A stretch of 64,000 bases of DNA from Patescibacteria group bacterium (GCA_041658785.1 JBAZZL010000002.1:1714-65713); one strand, 5' to 3'. Positions 36,765 to 47,800 are shown, numbered from the stretch's first letter. Notes: a model not told the origin generated them from the sequence alone. Made by a program: numbers and translations.

Positions 36765-38057
36765 CTACGGCCTCACCCGATTAATCATCCGCGGAAACGG
36801 AATCGTCTCCCGAATATGATGAATGCCGGAAATCCAGCGGGTGAGCCGCTCAATGCCCAGGCCAAAGCCGCAGTGCGGTACCGAGCCGTACCGCCGCAAA
36901 TCAAGATACCAGTCAAATTGTTCCAGATTCAGCCCCGCTTTTTGAATGGAGGACTTAAGAATTTCAAAGTTATCTTCACGCTCCGAACCGCCGATAATTT
37001 CGCCAAAGCCGCGCGGCGCCAGCACGTCCGCGTTGCAGACTAAATCAGGGTTATCGGGATGCGTTTTCATGTAAAACGGTTTGATGTTTTTCGGCCAATT
37101 TTTCACGATCACCGCCGCGTCCGAATCTTGCGTCAACAAAACCTCATCATCCGCCCCCAAATCATCGCCATATTTAATATCCGAACCGCGTTTTTGGAGT
37201 TCAGTAATCGCCGCGCCGTATTCGTAATGAATAAAAGGACTGGCTGCCGTCGCTTTCAGCTCATCCGTGTTTCTTTCCAAAATCGCCAGCTCCTCCCTCC
37301 CCCGTTCCAGCGCGTACTGAACCAGATGTTTAACGCCCGCTTCTTGTATTTTCAAACTTTCTTCGTGATGAATGTACGCAATCTCCGGATTCAGAGTCCA
37401 AAATTCCGTCAGATGCTTGCGCGTTTTGGATTTTTCCGCGCGGAAATTCGGGCACAAATCATAAACTTTGCCAAACGCCAAACACATCGCTTCCAGATAA
37501 AGCTGGCCGTTTTGGGTTAAATATACGGTATTGCCAAAATAATCAACCGGAAACAAATCGCTTGTCCCTTCGCAAGAATTGGGAGTAAAAGTGGGAGTAT
37601 CCAGTTCAATATATCCGTTAGAATTAAAATAATCCTGCAAACCGGTTTTTACCAAATGTCTTATTCTTAAAACCGCCCACTGCTTTTTGCTGCGCAGCCA
37701 CAAGTGGCGATTATCCAGCAAAAACTCCGGTCCGTGTTCTTTGTGAGCAATCGGATATTCTTCGGCAATCTGAACAATTTTTATGTTCAAAACCTGCAGT
37801 TCAAACTCACGCTCTTTTTTGGGATGTTTAGACACTTTTCCCGTAACAATCAAAGACGACTCCTGCGTCAATTTTCCCGCGCTTTCCCAAACCGCTGGTT
37901 CTACTTCGTTTTTGGAAACAACGGCCTGAAGAAAACCCGATCCATCGCGCAATTCCAAAAAAACAATTGATCCAGAAGACCGCTTGTTGTACAGCCAGCC
38001 TTTTATTTCCACGCTTTTATCAATAAATCCGGAAATGTCTTTGATTAGAATATGCAT
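36765..38057 (-). CDS. asnS: Asparagine--tRNA ligase
   Basis: LRDGSG, RHLWLRS, FRAEKSKTRKHLTEFW, LRRYGSVPHCGFGLG. Confidence 0.96.
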   Translation of the reverse strand: MHILIKDISGFIDKSVEIKGWLYNKRSSGSIVFLELRDGSGFLQAVVSKNEVEPAVWESAGKLTQESSLIVTGKVSKHPKKEREFELQVLNIKIVQIAEEYPIAHKEHGPEFLLDNRHLWLRSKKQWAVLRIRHLVKTGLQDYFNSNGYIELDTPTFTPNSCEGTSDLFPVDYFGNTVYLTQNGQLYLEAMCLAFGKVYDLCPNFRAEKSKTRKHLTEFWTLNPEIAYIHHEESLKIQEAGVKHLVQYALERGREELAILERNTDELKATAASPFIHYEYGAAITELQKRGSDIKYGDDLGADDEVLLTQDSDAAVIVKNWPKNIKPFYMKTHPDNPDLVCNADVLAPRGFGEIIGGSEREDNFEILKSSIQKAGLNLEQFDWYLDLRRYGSVPHCGFGLGIERLTRWISGIHHIRETIPFPRMINRVRP

Positions 38058-38165
38058 AAATTTGATTAAAGAAACTAGAAATTAAAAACTGGAAACTGGA
38101 AACTGGCTGTAAAACAATAATTTCCAGTTTCTAATTTCTAGTTTCTAGTTTCCTGATTTCCCAAG

Positions 38166-38570
38166 TTAAACAGAAGACTTCCACAGCCCATGCAAATTGC
38201 AATACGCCCTCGCCTCAATTACCTTGGAGCGAGTATGAAAAACCGCTTCCGGCTTATCGCCCGGCTTCAAAAAGACCCTGCCGCGGCGATTATCTTCCAG
38301 CACAATTTCAATCCATTCAATATAATGTTTTTCCTCCATTGGATGTTCTTCCGAGCCCACTTTAACTTTCACGCCATCGCTCACTTTGCACTCATCGGCC
38401 GGCAAGATTTCAATCACCGGTACGTGCTTTTCTCGCGACGCGTCTACCGTATTTTCGGCTTGCAAGACCATGGGCTGGCCGCAACAAACCAGCTCCCCCG
38501 CTCCGGCGTGCACCATCTCCACGATGTTGCCGCAGATATTGCATTTGTAAACTTGATTTAATTGAGTCAT
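38166..38570 (-). CDS. Desulfoferrodoxin (2Fe superoxide reductase)
   Basis: [37 protein letters not shown]. Confidence 0.96.
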   Translation of the reverse strand: MTQLNQVYKCNICGNIVEMVHAGAGELVCCGQPMVLQAENTVDASREKHVPVIEILPADECKVSDGVKVKVGSEEHPMEEKHYIEWIEIVLEDNRRGRVFLKPGDKPEAVFHTRSKVIEARAYCNLHGLWKSSV

Positions 38571-38716
38571 AGGTAAAATTTTTTAGTGTTTTTTGAATAA
38601 TTCGTTAGATTATTAATCTGTATATCTGGATTAAGTTTATTACAAATAGAGTGTGCGGTCAAGTTATGGTATAGCGGCAACCACTGAACGGGGTTTAATT
38701 TCTTATTTCTTATTTC

Positions 38717-38822
38717 TTCCGCAATAAGCGGGATCCCGCCCCGCAATGGAGTCGAGTCCCCGTTCGCTGCGGGGCTCGCTGCCACCGCCACAGCGGGGCC
38801 CCGTCTTCTTTGCGGGGCGGGA
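38717..38822. repeat. Nested palindromic element (GGGATCCC family)
   Basis: Shares ~60 bp with 63906-63976; core related to 8921-8953 and 50733-50765. Confidence 0.8.
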
Positions 38823-38873
38823 CAATTTCTAATTTCTTCAATCATATTTCTATTTATTTCAACCTATTTCTTG

Positions 38874-40160
38874 TTACCCTCGACTCGTCTTAATTTCAAT
38901 CATTTTTTCCACCCGCCTGATATCAGCCAACAAATCCGAGCGCTTTTTATTGAATAACACTAGATCGCAAACCGCCTTGCCGCCATGCTTGGCAAATCGG
39001 CACCGATCCCCAATTTTGCGATAAATTTTTATATCTATAAAAGATTTCAAATCTTGCGCCTTCTTAATTCCTCGCAGACTAACCAATCTTCCTTCTTTCT
39101 TAGCATAAAACTTCAAAGCCGCGGCGTATCCTTTGACTTTTTTTGAAATTATGGGTTTCTGGGGAATTCTTATTAAAACATCATTCAGACAATGATCTAT
39201 GTTATAAGAGAGCCGATACATCTCGGCGCGAAAACCGCCGATGCGCGGACCTATTTCAATTATTTTCCATCCATCGTTCGTTTTGATTAGTTCAATATGC
39301 GCTGTGCTGCTGCGCAATCCCAAAGCATAAATCGCTTTTTTCGCTACCTCTTCGGCTTTGGCGACGCTTTCCTTGTTCAAAGTCGTGGGAGTAATTCTTT
39401 TGTAACAAAAAAAATCATCAATGCCGATTGATTGTCCGGTGGTGAAATGCACCAAAGGGCAAAAATACACCTTACCGCGAGAACTAACATAAGCATCCAC
39501 CGAATACGTCTCTCCTTCCATCATTTGCTCTACCAAAATTTTTGGAACAATCTCTCTTTTATTATCTTTATAAATTTTTTTAATCTGGCGAAATATTTTT
39601 TTTAAATTCGCCGCCAGTTCCTCTTCGTGATAGCAAACAGTTACAAGCAGGCTCGCCGCGAGCCCCGCCGGCTTCATGATCAAAGGAAAGCCGACTTTAT
39701 CTTTTATTTTCTTGATTGAATTCTTACCTTTGCCGCTCACAATCGTAAACTTGGGAGCGATCTTTTTGTCATAAGCCCGAAACATCCGGCGCATATAAAT
39801 TTTGTCGGTTGACCAGAGTATTGACTGAACTGTCGGAGTTTTCAAATACGGCACGTGCGGAATCACTTTGATGAAAGCCGCCATGTTGCTTTCACCGCGG
39901 CAAGTAATCGCTAAAAATTCTCTTTGATAATGAACAAGCATCTTTTTAATCTCCAACGGTTTATCAAGATCGCCGGAAAATAAAATATCCACCCCGCGAT
40001 CGTCGGCTTTTTTTTTCCAGTCTTTTTTTTTGGCATCGCGAATCACTCCGATTCGAATTCTTTGCTTGGTTTTCCGAGCGTATTGTTTGATACTTTCAAT
40101 CGAACCTGCCGAGGCGCTATTGATAAATAATATTATATTCTTATTATTCATAATAAACAA
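38874..40160 (-). CDS. ATP-grasp domain protein
   Basis: TDKIYMR, FPLIMKP, VEQMMEG, HIELI, EIGPRIGG. Confidence 0.88.
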   Translation of the reverse strand: MFIMNNKNIILFINSASAGSIESIKQYARKTKQRIRIGVIRDAKKKDWKKKADDRGVDILFSGDLDKPLEIKKMLVHYQREFLAITCRGESNMAAFIKVIPHVPYLKTPTVQSILWSTDKIYMRRMFRAYDKKIAPKFTIVSGKGKNSIKKIKDKVGFPLIMKPAGLAASLLVTVCYHEEELAANLKKIFRQIKKIYKDNKREIVPKILVEQMMEGETYSVDAYVSSRGKVYFCPLVHFTTGQSIGIDDFFCYKRITPTTLNKESVAKAEEVAKKAIYALGLRSSTAHIELIKTNDGWKIIEIGPRIGGFRAEMYRLSYNIDHCLNDVLIRIPQKPIISKKVKGYAAALKFYAKKEGRLVSLRGIKKAQDLKSFIDIKIYRKIGDRCRFAKHGGKAVCDLVLFNKKRSDLLADIRRVEKMIEIKTSRG

Positions 40161-40260
40161 AAATCCAATCCTATTCCATAATATAGATATAAAAAATTAT
40201 CTTTTTTAACGCTATTATTGTATAATACCTACCGCTAAAAAGCAATCTAATTTTAACCTT

Positions 40261-41211
40261 ATGCCTATGGCCAAAAGAACCAAAATCATCCTAGGAATAG
40301 CGATTGTTGTCATCGCTATAATCATTGTTGCCTTCATTCGCGTTTTCAAAGACCCGATTGAGATCAGCAGTTCTGGCTATATTGGAGGCGTATCTGTAGA
40401 CGGAGCGTCACCTCCTCCCGCTGATATGGTTTTTTCCAAAAGAGTCTCGCTAACTGCGGAAGAAAGCATGGCCTCTCCCCAAATCGCGCCAGGTTCTTCT
40501 GGCAATGGCGCTGACCAAAGCATTGACCGCTTGGTAATAAAAACCGGCCGGTTTTCTATTGTGGTAAAAGAAGTAAGGGAAGCGGCGCAAGCAGTAAATG
40601 ATTATGCTATTCAAAAAGGCGGTTTTGTGGTTTCAAGCGATATTTCCCAAACCGGACTGGCTCCTTACGCCACCGTGGTTATTCGCGTACCAGTCAAAGT
40701 ATTTGACGAAGGCGTGGGAGAAATTAAGAATTTAGGCGAAGTGGAAAGCGAATATATTGAAGGTCAGGATGTTACTGAGGAATTTGTGGATCTTGACGCC
40801 AGATTAAAAAACCTGCGCGCCACTGAAAATCAATATCTGGAAATCATGAAAAAGGCGATAAAAATTGAAGATATTTTACAAGTGCAAAATTATCTTTCAG
40901 CCGTAAGAGCAGAAATTGAAAGCCTCCAAGGCCGGATGAAATATCTGCGGGAAAGCGCGGACATGTCTACTTTGACTGTTTACCTCTCCACCGATCCCGA
41001 AGTTCTGCCAATAGTGGACAGCCAAGACAAGTGGAAACCGTGGAGCGAAGTAAAAACAGCAGCGAGAAGCTTGCTTGGGTTGGGTAAGGGATTAAGCTAT
41101 TTAATTATCTGGTTTGTGATATATATTCCGCTTTGGGCATTTGTCGGGCTGGTGATCTCGCTGGTGTACAGGAATATGAAGAAAAGAAAAGAGAAAAAAA
41201 TAAATCTCTAA
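40261..41211 (+). CDS. DUF4349 family protein
   Basis: VIKTG, IRVP, QDVTEEFVDLDARLKNL, EIESLQG, terminal TM helices. Confidence 0.88.
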   Translation: MPMAKRTKIILGIAIVVIAIIIVAFIRVFKDPIEISSSGYIGGVSVDGASPPPADMVFSKRVSLTAEESMASPQIAPGSSGNGADQSIDRLVIKTGRFSIVVKEVREAAQAVNDYAIQKGGFVVSSDISQTGLAPYATVVIRVPVKVFDEGVGEIKNLGEVESEYIEGQDVTEEFVDLDARLKNLRATENQYLEIMKKAIKIEDILQVQNYLSAVRAEIESLQGRMKYLRESADMSTLTVYLSTDPEVLPIVDSQDKWKPWSEVKTAARSLLGLGKGLSYLIIWFVIYIPLWAFVGLVISLVYRNMKKRKEKKINL

Positions 41212-41408
41212 TATTGGTTCCCGCAGGTAGAAATTAAACCTGTGATGCTCGCGTTAATTCCGATAATGGCTCCGAAGGCTGAACGAAATCCAAACTTTTT
41301 TTCGCGAAAATCCGAACGTTGAATTTTGAAAAATTTTTAATCGACCTGCTCTATAATCACCACATAATTTTTGCCATATTTCTTGGCGCACTTGGGGCAA
41401 GTGTTTTT

Positions 41409-41735
41409 TCAATCAGCAGGCGCAAAATCTCTATACAATGAAAAAGCCTGCTGATAAATCATATCCAAGACACCCTCAATAACTGCGTAACTAAATCCAT
41501 TCCTCAACAACAACAGCAACAACAGCAACAACAATTTAACGTTCGCTCGGAGCCGCGACTTCAGCACTTCATTACTTCTGCCAAAAATTTCTCGTCAAAT
41601 ATGGAAATCTCCGGTTTGGCTTTGTCCTTCATGGCAAAAATATAGATCACTCCTTCGGCGGAAATGCTCTGAGAAACTAATTTGCGAATGGCCGACTCAA
41701 TTTCCGGTCCAATCTCGCCGCCAGCAGTAACTATC
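41409..41735 (-). pseudogene. Remnant of a type I restriction subunit R C-terminus (DUF3387-like)
   Basis: Hand translation gives EIESAIRKLVSQSISAEGVIYIF...KPEISIFDEKFLAEV* and, further on, VLDMIYQQAFSLY; no start, broken frames. Confidence 0.6.
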
Positions 41736-41736
41736 C

Positions 41737-42678
41737 TTAACCTTCTAACATCTTTTGATTATACTTCGCCAATTCCAAACGAACTTTCCGCTCCATTTCT
41801 TTATGCGAAACATCGCCGGCACTACCCAAAATCTCTTTATCATTCAAAATCAAAAAGCCGTCAAGTTTTTTTATCCAGTCCTTCATATACATTACTCTTT
41901 GTTCCACGCTCTGCAATTCAGCGAAAGAAAGAAACTGTTCCACCAATAAATTTAATCGCTTTAACTCCAACTCCTCTAAATAATTTTTGGCGATTTCGGC
42001 CTGCTCGCGGGTGATAATTTCACCCTTCCAATTTGTTAAACCCAGATTATCTTTTCGGCTATCAACCCTGCTGTGGACAATTTCCGCCGCAGTTAAACCG
42101 GTAATCGCGTAATGAAATTTATTCTGCACAATAGCAAAGAATTGCTTGGCGTAATCCAATTTTGGATTATAATCCGCACTCAAAGCAAACACATCTTTCA
42201 CTTTTTGATAAAAATTGGCTTCGGAGGTTCTAATTTTGCGAATGCGCTCTTCCAATTCTTGAAAGTACGGCTTGGCCACTCGCCCGCTCTCCAAACGCTC
42301 ATCATCCATGACAAAACCCTTAATTATATACTCTTTCAACTTTTGGGTGGCCCAAATACGAAATTGCGTGCCACGCAAAGAATTGATCCGATATCCAACA
42401 GAAATTATCGCGTCCAAATTGTAGTGTTTAACAAGGTAATTTTTACCGTCGGCGGCAGTTACCGAGTATTCCTCGGCAACTGAATTTTCGCTAAGTTCGG
42501 CTTCTTTAAATACATTCTTCAAATGCAAACTGATATTATCGGCGCTACAATCAAAAAGCTCGGCCATTTGCTTTTGCGAAAGCCAAACGGTTTCATTTTC
42601 CATCTTTACTTCAATCTTTGTCTGCCCGTCTTCGGTGTTGTAGATGATGATTTGGTTGTTTTTATTTGGGGCGTGCAT
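41737..42678 (-). CDS. RhuM-family (virulence RhuM) protein
   Basis: VWLSQKQMAELF, YNLDAIISVGYRINS, QFRIWAT, IRKIRTSE, VQNKFHYA. Confidence 0.92.
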   Translation of the reverse strand: MHAPNKNNQIIIYNTEDGQTKIEVKMENETVWLSQKQMAELFDCSADNISLHLKNVFKEAELSENSVAEEYSVTAADGKNYLVKHYNLDAIISVGYRINSLRGTQFRIWATQKLKEYIIKGFVMDDERLESGRVAKPYFQELEERIRKIRTSEANFYQKVKDVFALSADYNPKLDYAKQFFAIVQNKFHYAITGLTAAEIVHSRVDSRKDNLGLTNWKGEIITREQAEIAKNYLEELELKRLNLLVEQFLSFAELQSVEQRVMYMKDWIKKLDGFLILNDKEILGSAGDVSHKEMERKVRLELAKYNQKMLEG

Positions 42679-42743
42679 AAATCACTTCTTACTTTCAACG
42701 TCGACGGAATTTGTGCCAGCGTTAGCTAGTGCGCCGCTTAAAA

Positions 42744-43910
42744 TTATTTTGCCGTCCAATTTCCAGCTTCGTCAAAATTTTGTGATCGTTTGAAACCGCA
42801 AGCATTCCAAATTAGGTCAAACATCGGACGCAAAATATCTTTTGGCTCTGTATTGTATGATTCGATAATTGTTTCCGGCAATTGTAAAATATCTCGATCA
42901 ATTTTGTAATGATCATGATGCCAAAATATTTCGTCAACGCCCATTTCCCAATCTTTAACCCAAATCAGTGTCAAAAAAATAACAATCGGCATATTAACGC
43001 CAAGCTGTTTTGCTAAATTCAAATATTCCGCCAACGATTTTATCAACTCCAACTCATAGGTAAAACTTGGAATAATTTTTTTCTCTCTATCTGCTCTTAA
43101 TATTAAACCTTCAACAGCCTCAATAATTCCATTTCGGTATAACTGAATGTATGAATGGGATTTATCGTTTTTTCCACCAGAATAAGACAAAACGCCTTCA
43201 AGATTAATCCGATGGCTCAAGCCGGAAGCGTATATCGGCTGTAATTTTGCAGGTACATTTATTATCGGGTTCAAATCAATGCTATGATTCGGACTAAAGG
43301 ATCCTAATGGTATGAGATGTAAAACGATTTTACCGCCCTCGTAAAATGGAAGCGGTAAATTATCAGCAACAAGTTGGGCAATTCTTTCTACTTTGAATTT
43401 ATTTATTTGCTCGGTTAGTGTTTGAGAAAGATTAAAAGCATTTTTTAATTCGTTCGTATCCAGCGCGTATTTTCCGGCGGAATTTCTTGAATAAAATTTG
43501 TCATGTCCTTTGTAAATAACGCGGTGCGGTCCCGCCCAGCTTCTATTTATTCGGAATATAAAAACATTCTTTTTGTCGGAAACATTGACGGTTCGTGTCG
43601 CAAAAATAATTCTCGGCTCAATTCCGTCTCGAATAATGTTTTCATATTTTCTGATTTCCTCATCAACATTTTCTATTTCCACGCCATCAATACTTTTCGG
43701 ACTTCCGTTTTCTTCCGAAATGCCGAAAATCAAATCCCCGCCGGAAGCATTAGCAAAAGATGAAATATCAGCCAAAAATTCTTTTCTGTCTGCGTCGGAA
43801 TTACTCGGTAATAATTTTTTATATTCAATTGTTTTGCCTTCTAAAACAGCGTTGCTTCGCAACTGCTCTAAATCATTAAATTCAATTTTATCAAGATGTT
43901 TATTTATCAT
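42744..43910 (-). CDS. AlbA_2 (Schlafen-like) domain protein
   Basis: EGKTIEYK, ISSFANASGGDLIFGI, PHRV...FYSR. Confidence 0.88.
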   Translation of the reverse strand: MINKHLDKIEFNDLEQLRSNAVLEGKTIEYKKLLPSNSDADRKEFLADISSFANASGGDLIFGISEENGSPKSIDGVEIENVDEEIRKYENIIRDGIEPRIIFATRTVNVSDKKNVFIFRINRSWAGPHRVIYKGHDKFYSRNSAGKYALDTNELKNAFNLSQTLTEQINKFKVERIAQLVADNLPLPFYEGGKIVLHLIPLGSFSPNHSIDLNPIINVPAKLQPIYASGLSHRINLEGVLSYSGGKNDKSHSYIQLYRNGIIEAVEGLILRADREKKIIPSFTYELELIKSLAEYLNLAKQLGVNMPIVIFLTLIWVKDWEMGVDEIFWHHDHYKIDRDILQLPETIIESYNTEPKDILRPMFDLIWNACGFKRSQNFDEAGNWTAK

Positions 43911-43914
43911 AAAA

Positions 43915-45276
43915 TTACCCTAAAATCATTTGTTCTATTTCTTTTTGCGCTCCGGCGACAGTGCTTTCCGCTTCTTGCCGCAAGCGTTTTACTTTTTTAT
44001 AAATTGTATTTACGCCAGCGATAATTTTTTCTTGTTTTTCAACGCTGGGCAATGGCACGACTAATTTTTTCAATGCGTCATAATCCAACGCTGGGCGCGT
44101 GCCACCCGTTGTGGAGCGGAAAGATAATTCACGACCAATTTTTGTATTGAAAAAAGACGCTACATATTCGGGCAATATCTTTGTTTTCCCCACTTCGTTT
44201 TGCAAGTGAAAACGGACAGAGTGCTGATTGATATTTCCCTCAAAATTATCTGGCACAACTGCAACGCTTCCAATTCTTCCCGTGATAGTAAAAATTAAAT
44301 CGTCTTTTTTCAACTGCGAACGCTTAAGCATTGTTTCGTGAATTTCTGGTTTGATAAATTTTACATCGTCAAGTTTTATTCCCATTTCCGTAATATTCTG
44401 TACTCGCAAGAATGGCACGCCGCCCTCGTCCGAATAATAATCACCCGTAACTTTTGGCGTTGCTCCACCGGACATATCGGCTATGGCTTGGCCAAGCGCA
44501 AAGTGTTTTTTATTTTTAATCTGCTCCAATAAACTACGCAGGTATGGTTTGTAAAATAAAGCGTCAATACGACCCTCAATTTCATCGCTCCAAATCTGAA
44601 ATACCCGCTCTGCCCCCCCCCGCGGCATATCTATACCAAGCTCGCCCAAAACAAAATCGTCAATTGAGGACAAAATTTTCAAAATTTCCGCTTGTTTCTT
44701 TTTCTTTTGTTCGTATGCTTCTTGAATTTTCTTGACGACTTCGTTTTGAACCGAAAGAGGCGGAATGGGAATATCAAAATTCTTTATTGTTTCAATTGTT
44801 ATATTTCCTTGAATTGCGCCGATTTTTTCGCGCTCAATCAATTTTCGGCTCGCTTCACTGTTTAGCCACGCGGAAATATATTGTTTGTTGATTTTGGTAT
44901 TAAGACAAAACTTAATCATAAAAGAGCCGAAGGCAAATCCTTCCGCCTCTTTCGGAACGACAACGACAATACCAACCGAGCCGCTTCTTGAAATAAGTAG
45001 GTCGCCCTCGTGAACAATCGCTTTTCCTACTTCTTTGCGTTGTTCTTCGGACAAATAAACAACATCGCCCACATCAATCCCGTCATTTTTCAAATTGAGA
45101 ATACGCAAAAACGGTATTCCAAAATCAACATAATCGTTTGCCGTAGAAAGTCCGTAGCGAATATCGGTAATAAAATCGCCGAGTTTTTGCGATTTATATT
45201 TCCCGTTTTGAATCGCTTTTTGAAGCTCGCGGATTGCCGGTAACCAATATTTCGCGTCAAGCCGTCCGCCGCTCAA
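43915..45276 (-). CDS. hsdS: Type I-like restriction-modification specificity subunit; start probably damaged
   Basis: Two TRDs with IPIPPLSVQ and VPLPSVEKQ spacers; the frame extends upstream (IFTTWSGDV) without an ATG. Confidence 0.8.
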   Translation of the reverse strand: MSGGRLDAKYWLPAIRELQKAIQNGKYKSQKLGDFITDIRYGLSTANDYVDFGIPFLRILNLKNDGIDVGDVVYLSEEQRKEVGKAIVHEGDLLISRSGSVGIVVVVPKEAEGFAFGSFMIKFCLNTKINKQYISAWLNSEASRKLIEREKIGAIQGNITIETIKNFDIPIPPLSVQNEVVKKIQEAYEQKKKKQAEILKILSSIDDFVLGELGIDMPRGGAERVFQIWSDEIEGRIDALFYKPYLRSLLEQIKNKKHFALGQAIADMSGGATPKVTGDYYSDEGGVPFLRVQNITEMGIKLDDVKFIKPEIHETMLKRSQLKKDDLIFTITGRIGSVAVVPDNFEGNINQHSVRFHLQNEVGKTKILPEYVASFFNTKIGRELSFRSTTGGTRPALDYDALKKLVVPLPSVEKQEKIIAGVNTIYKKVKRLRQEAESTVAGAQKEIEQMILG

Positions 45277-46426
45277 AACATCGCCGCTCCAAGTTGTAAA
45301 AATTTCGAGCGAAGCCGAGCTCTTTTTGCTTTCTCACTTCATCAAGAGCGTGCAAAAGAAATCCGCCCGAACCGCAAGCGGGGTCAAGCACAAGATCGTC
45401 ATTTTTTATATTCATCATCTTGACGGCGAAGCTCACAATTTCGCGCGGAGTAAAGTATTGTCCGCTTTTGCCCTTGAAAAAATCCTCCATAAACTGCTCA
45501 AAAGCAACGCCTTTTGTATCAAGATCGGTTTTATTGAGCGACACGCTTTGCAAGTGTTCAACGACGGTATAAAGCTCCTCTGGCTCGATTTTCAAACTTT
45601 CCTTAAACACTTCGGGGTCTTTTTCTTTCGCTTCAAGATAAATTTCGTTTATGCGCCGATAAACGCTTTCGGCTTTTTCGTGCGTCTTGATTTGAAAATC
45701 GTAATACTCGCCGGTTTTTCGTCCGCGCTTTTCGTCGCGAATTTTTACGAAAATGATTTTGCAAAGTTCGTCAAAAGCAACGGTTGGATTTCTTTTGCCA
45801 CCAGCCCAAAGCGTATTATGGGATTTTTCAAGGGCGCGTTTTAATTCTGATTTATCAAGCACTTTCAAATCCCAGTCCGGATCGCCTTTTTTGTAACGAA
45901 ACTCCTCAATCTTTCCGTAAGAAATAGGAATATCGGTAATGGTCGCTTTTTCCGGTTCTTTGTCGTTCCATTCGGCGGTTTCCATTGCTCGGCGAGTATT
46001 GCCCGCAACGCAAATCGCAAGCGGGGCGTGAAGCACGCGAGCGTTAGCGATTGCCTGTTTGGTGGCTTGCTCAAATTCCGCGTCGGAAATGCCGTCTTTT
46101 TTACACTCAACGACGATATAAGGTCTCTTTTTTGCGTCATCCTCATAAATAACTATGTCCGCGTAGCGTTCCGGCGTCCGGTCCGGCATCTCTATTTCAA
46201 GCTCAATCCGTTTTGCCGGATAGTGATATTTTTCAATCAGGTCAAAATAATATTCGGCGCGGACTTTTTCTTCGGGATCAGTAAAATTATATTTTTTACC
46301 AGAAGCCGAATATTTAATTTTACTGCCATCAAACACAAAGTACCCTCTGTTTTCACCAATTTCTAAATAATCATTAAAACTACTCGTGCCCCCATCTTGT
46401 TGTGGTTTATAGATTGTGTCAGTCAT
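45257..46426 (-). pseudogene. HsdR_N + N6-methyltransferase fusion truncated after motif I
   Basis: PEEKVR, ADIV, VECK, GQYFTPR and DPACGSGGFL present; no NPPF/Y motif IV; reading ends in an out-of-frame tail. Confidence 0.8.
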
Positions 46427-46481
46427 ATTTTATTTATAATCCCAATTTTCCCCGTCAGCTTGCTGCGGGGTCGTCGTTTCA

Positions 46482-46733
46482 TTAATACACCTCCTGCCGA
46501 TGCCCAATTTTAACCACGATCACCAACAGCTCGTGTTTATAAATTTTATAAATAATTCGGTACGGCCAAACCCGCACGGAATATTCTCCGGCGTGCTCGC
46601 CTGTCAGCTTTTTACCCTGAAACGGATCTTGCCCCAATAATTTCAGCGCCAAAGCGACGCGGATTCGGTATCGGGAATCAATTCTGGCGAGATCTTTTTG
46701 CGCTTTTTTTGGGAGAACCACGGCGTACGCCAT
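46482..46733 (-). CDS. RelE/ParE-family toxin
   Basis: GKKLTGEHAGEYSVRVWPYRIIY, IGHRQEVY. Confidence 0.9.
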   Translation of the reverse strand: MAYAVVLPKKAQKDLARIDSRYRIRVALALKLLGQDPFQGKKLTGEHAGEYSVRVWPYRIIYKIYKHELLVIVVKIGHRQEVY

Positions 46734-47037
46734 ACTTCTTTTTACCTTTATCGGCGATGAGAAAACCCTCTTTGGCCAGGTATTCGTCCAAAGTGATGTA
46801 ATCGCCTTTTTTATAATCCCTCTCCGCTTCTTCAATATCCTTTTTCAAATCCGGAAAGTCCTTCATCACCTCCAGCGTTTCTACCCACGATTCAAATTCT
46901 TCGGCCGACATCATTACCGCTTTGGGGCGGCCTTTTTCCGTCAGGGTATAATAAACCCCCGGCTTTTGCACTTCTTTGGCCAGGTCAAAAATTCTTTTTC
47001 TCGCTTCGGATATCGGTAAAGTATTTCTGGTATTCAT
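46678..47037 (-). CDS. Phd/YefM-family antitoxin
   Basis: ISEARKRIF, LTEKGRPKAVMMSAEEFESWVETL; upstream TGTACA-type palindrome at 47059-47076 beside TTGACA. Confidence 0.9.
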   Translation of the reverse strand: MNTRNTLPISEARKRIFDLAKEVQKPGVYYTLTEKGRPKAVMMSAEEFESWVETLEVMKDFPDLKKDIEEAERDYKKGDYITLDEYLAKEGFLIADKGKKKYGVRRGSPKKSAKRSRQN

Positions 47038-47102
47038 AAAAGTTTTTAAGTATTTATATGTACATAATAATGTACGCTACAAATTTTGTCAAGCCGATAT
47101 TA

Positions 47103-47765
47103 TCAACAATGCCCCAGCTTTTTTAAACTGGCGTAAGAACCATTTGACACAATCACATGATCCACAAGCTCAATCCCCAAAATTTTCCCCGCTTCGATCA
47201 AACGTTTGGTAATCTTAATATCTTCTTCCGACGGTTCCGTCTCTCCGGAAGGATGATTGTGCGCCACAATCACTTGCGCGGCCAAATGCCGGACTGCCGG
47301 CTCAAATACTTCGCGCGGATGAACGAGATTGGCATTAAGCGAACCGACCGAAACGATTTCACGCTTGATTTCTTGATTTCTGGAATCCAAAAAGAAAATT
47401 ACGAAATGCTCTTTTTTATGATCACGGATATCCTTGAGTTCGTCCCAAACATCCTTTGGCGATAGAATCAAAACTGATTGTTTGTTTTGCAAATGACGGC
47501 GACCAAGTTCGTAGCAGGCGACGATTTCGCACGCTTTCGCGCTACCAAGACCGAATGTATTTTTTAATTCTTTAACCGAGGCCTTGGCCAAACCAACGCC
47601 ACTGAATTTCCTTAAAATCTTACTGGATAATTCCACGACATTTATGCCTTCGCTTCCGGTGCGTAAAAGAATCGCCAAAAGTTCGGAATCCGAAAGCCGC
47701 TCGGGACCGTATTTTTCCAGCTTCTCCCGCGGCCGATCAATTTTGGGTAAGTCCTTTATTTTCAT
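47103..47765 (-). CDS. radC: RadC (JAB domain) protein
   Basis: RPREKL, ELLAILLRTG, VHPREVF, HNHPSG, PSEED, DHVIV. Confidence 0.95.
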   Translation of the reverse strand: MKIKDLPKIDRPREKLEKYGPERLSDSELLAILLRTGSEGINVVELSSKILRKFSGVGLAKASVKELKNTFGLGSAKACEIVACYELGRRHLQNKQSVLILSPKDVWDELKDIRDHKKEHFVIFFLDSRNQEIKREIVSVGSLNANLVHPREVFEPAVRHLAAQVIVAHNHPSGETEPSEEDIKITKRLIEAGKILGIELVDHVIVSNGSYASLKKLGHC

Positions 47766-47800
47766 ACTTATTTATTTGGCGATTTCCTTTAACATCTATT

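Noticed and set aside
38567-38845. 92-aa ORF upstream of desulfoferrodoxin
   Set aside because: Translation of the nested palindromic repeat
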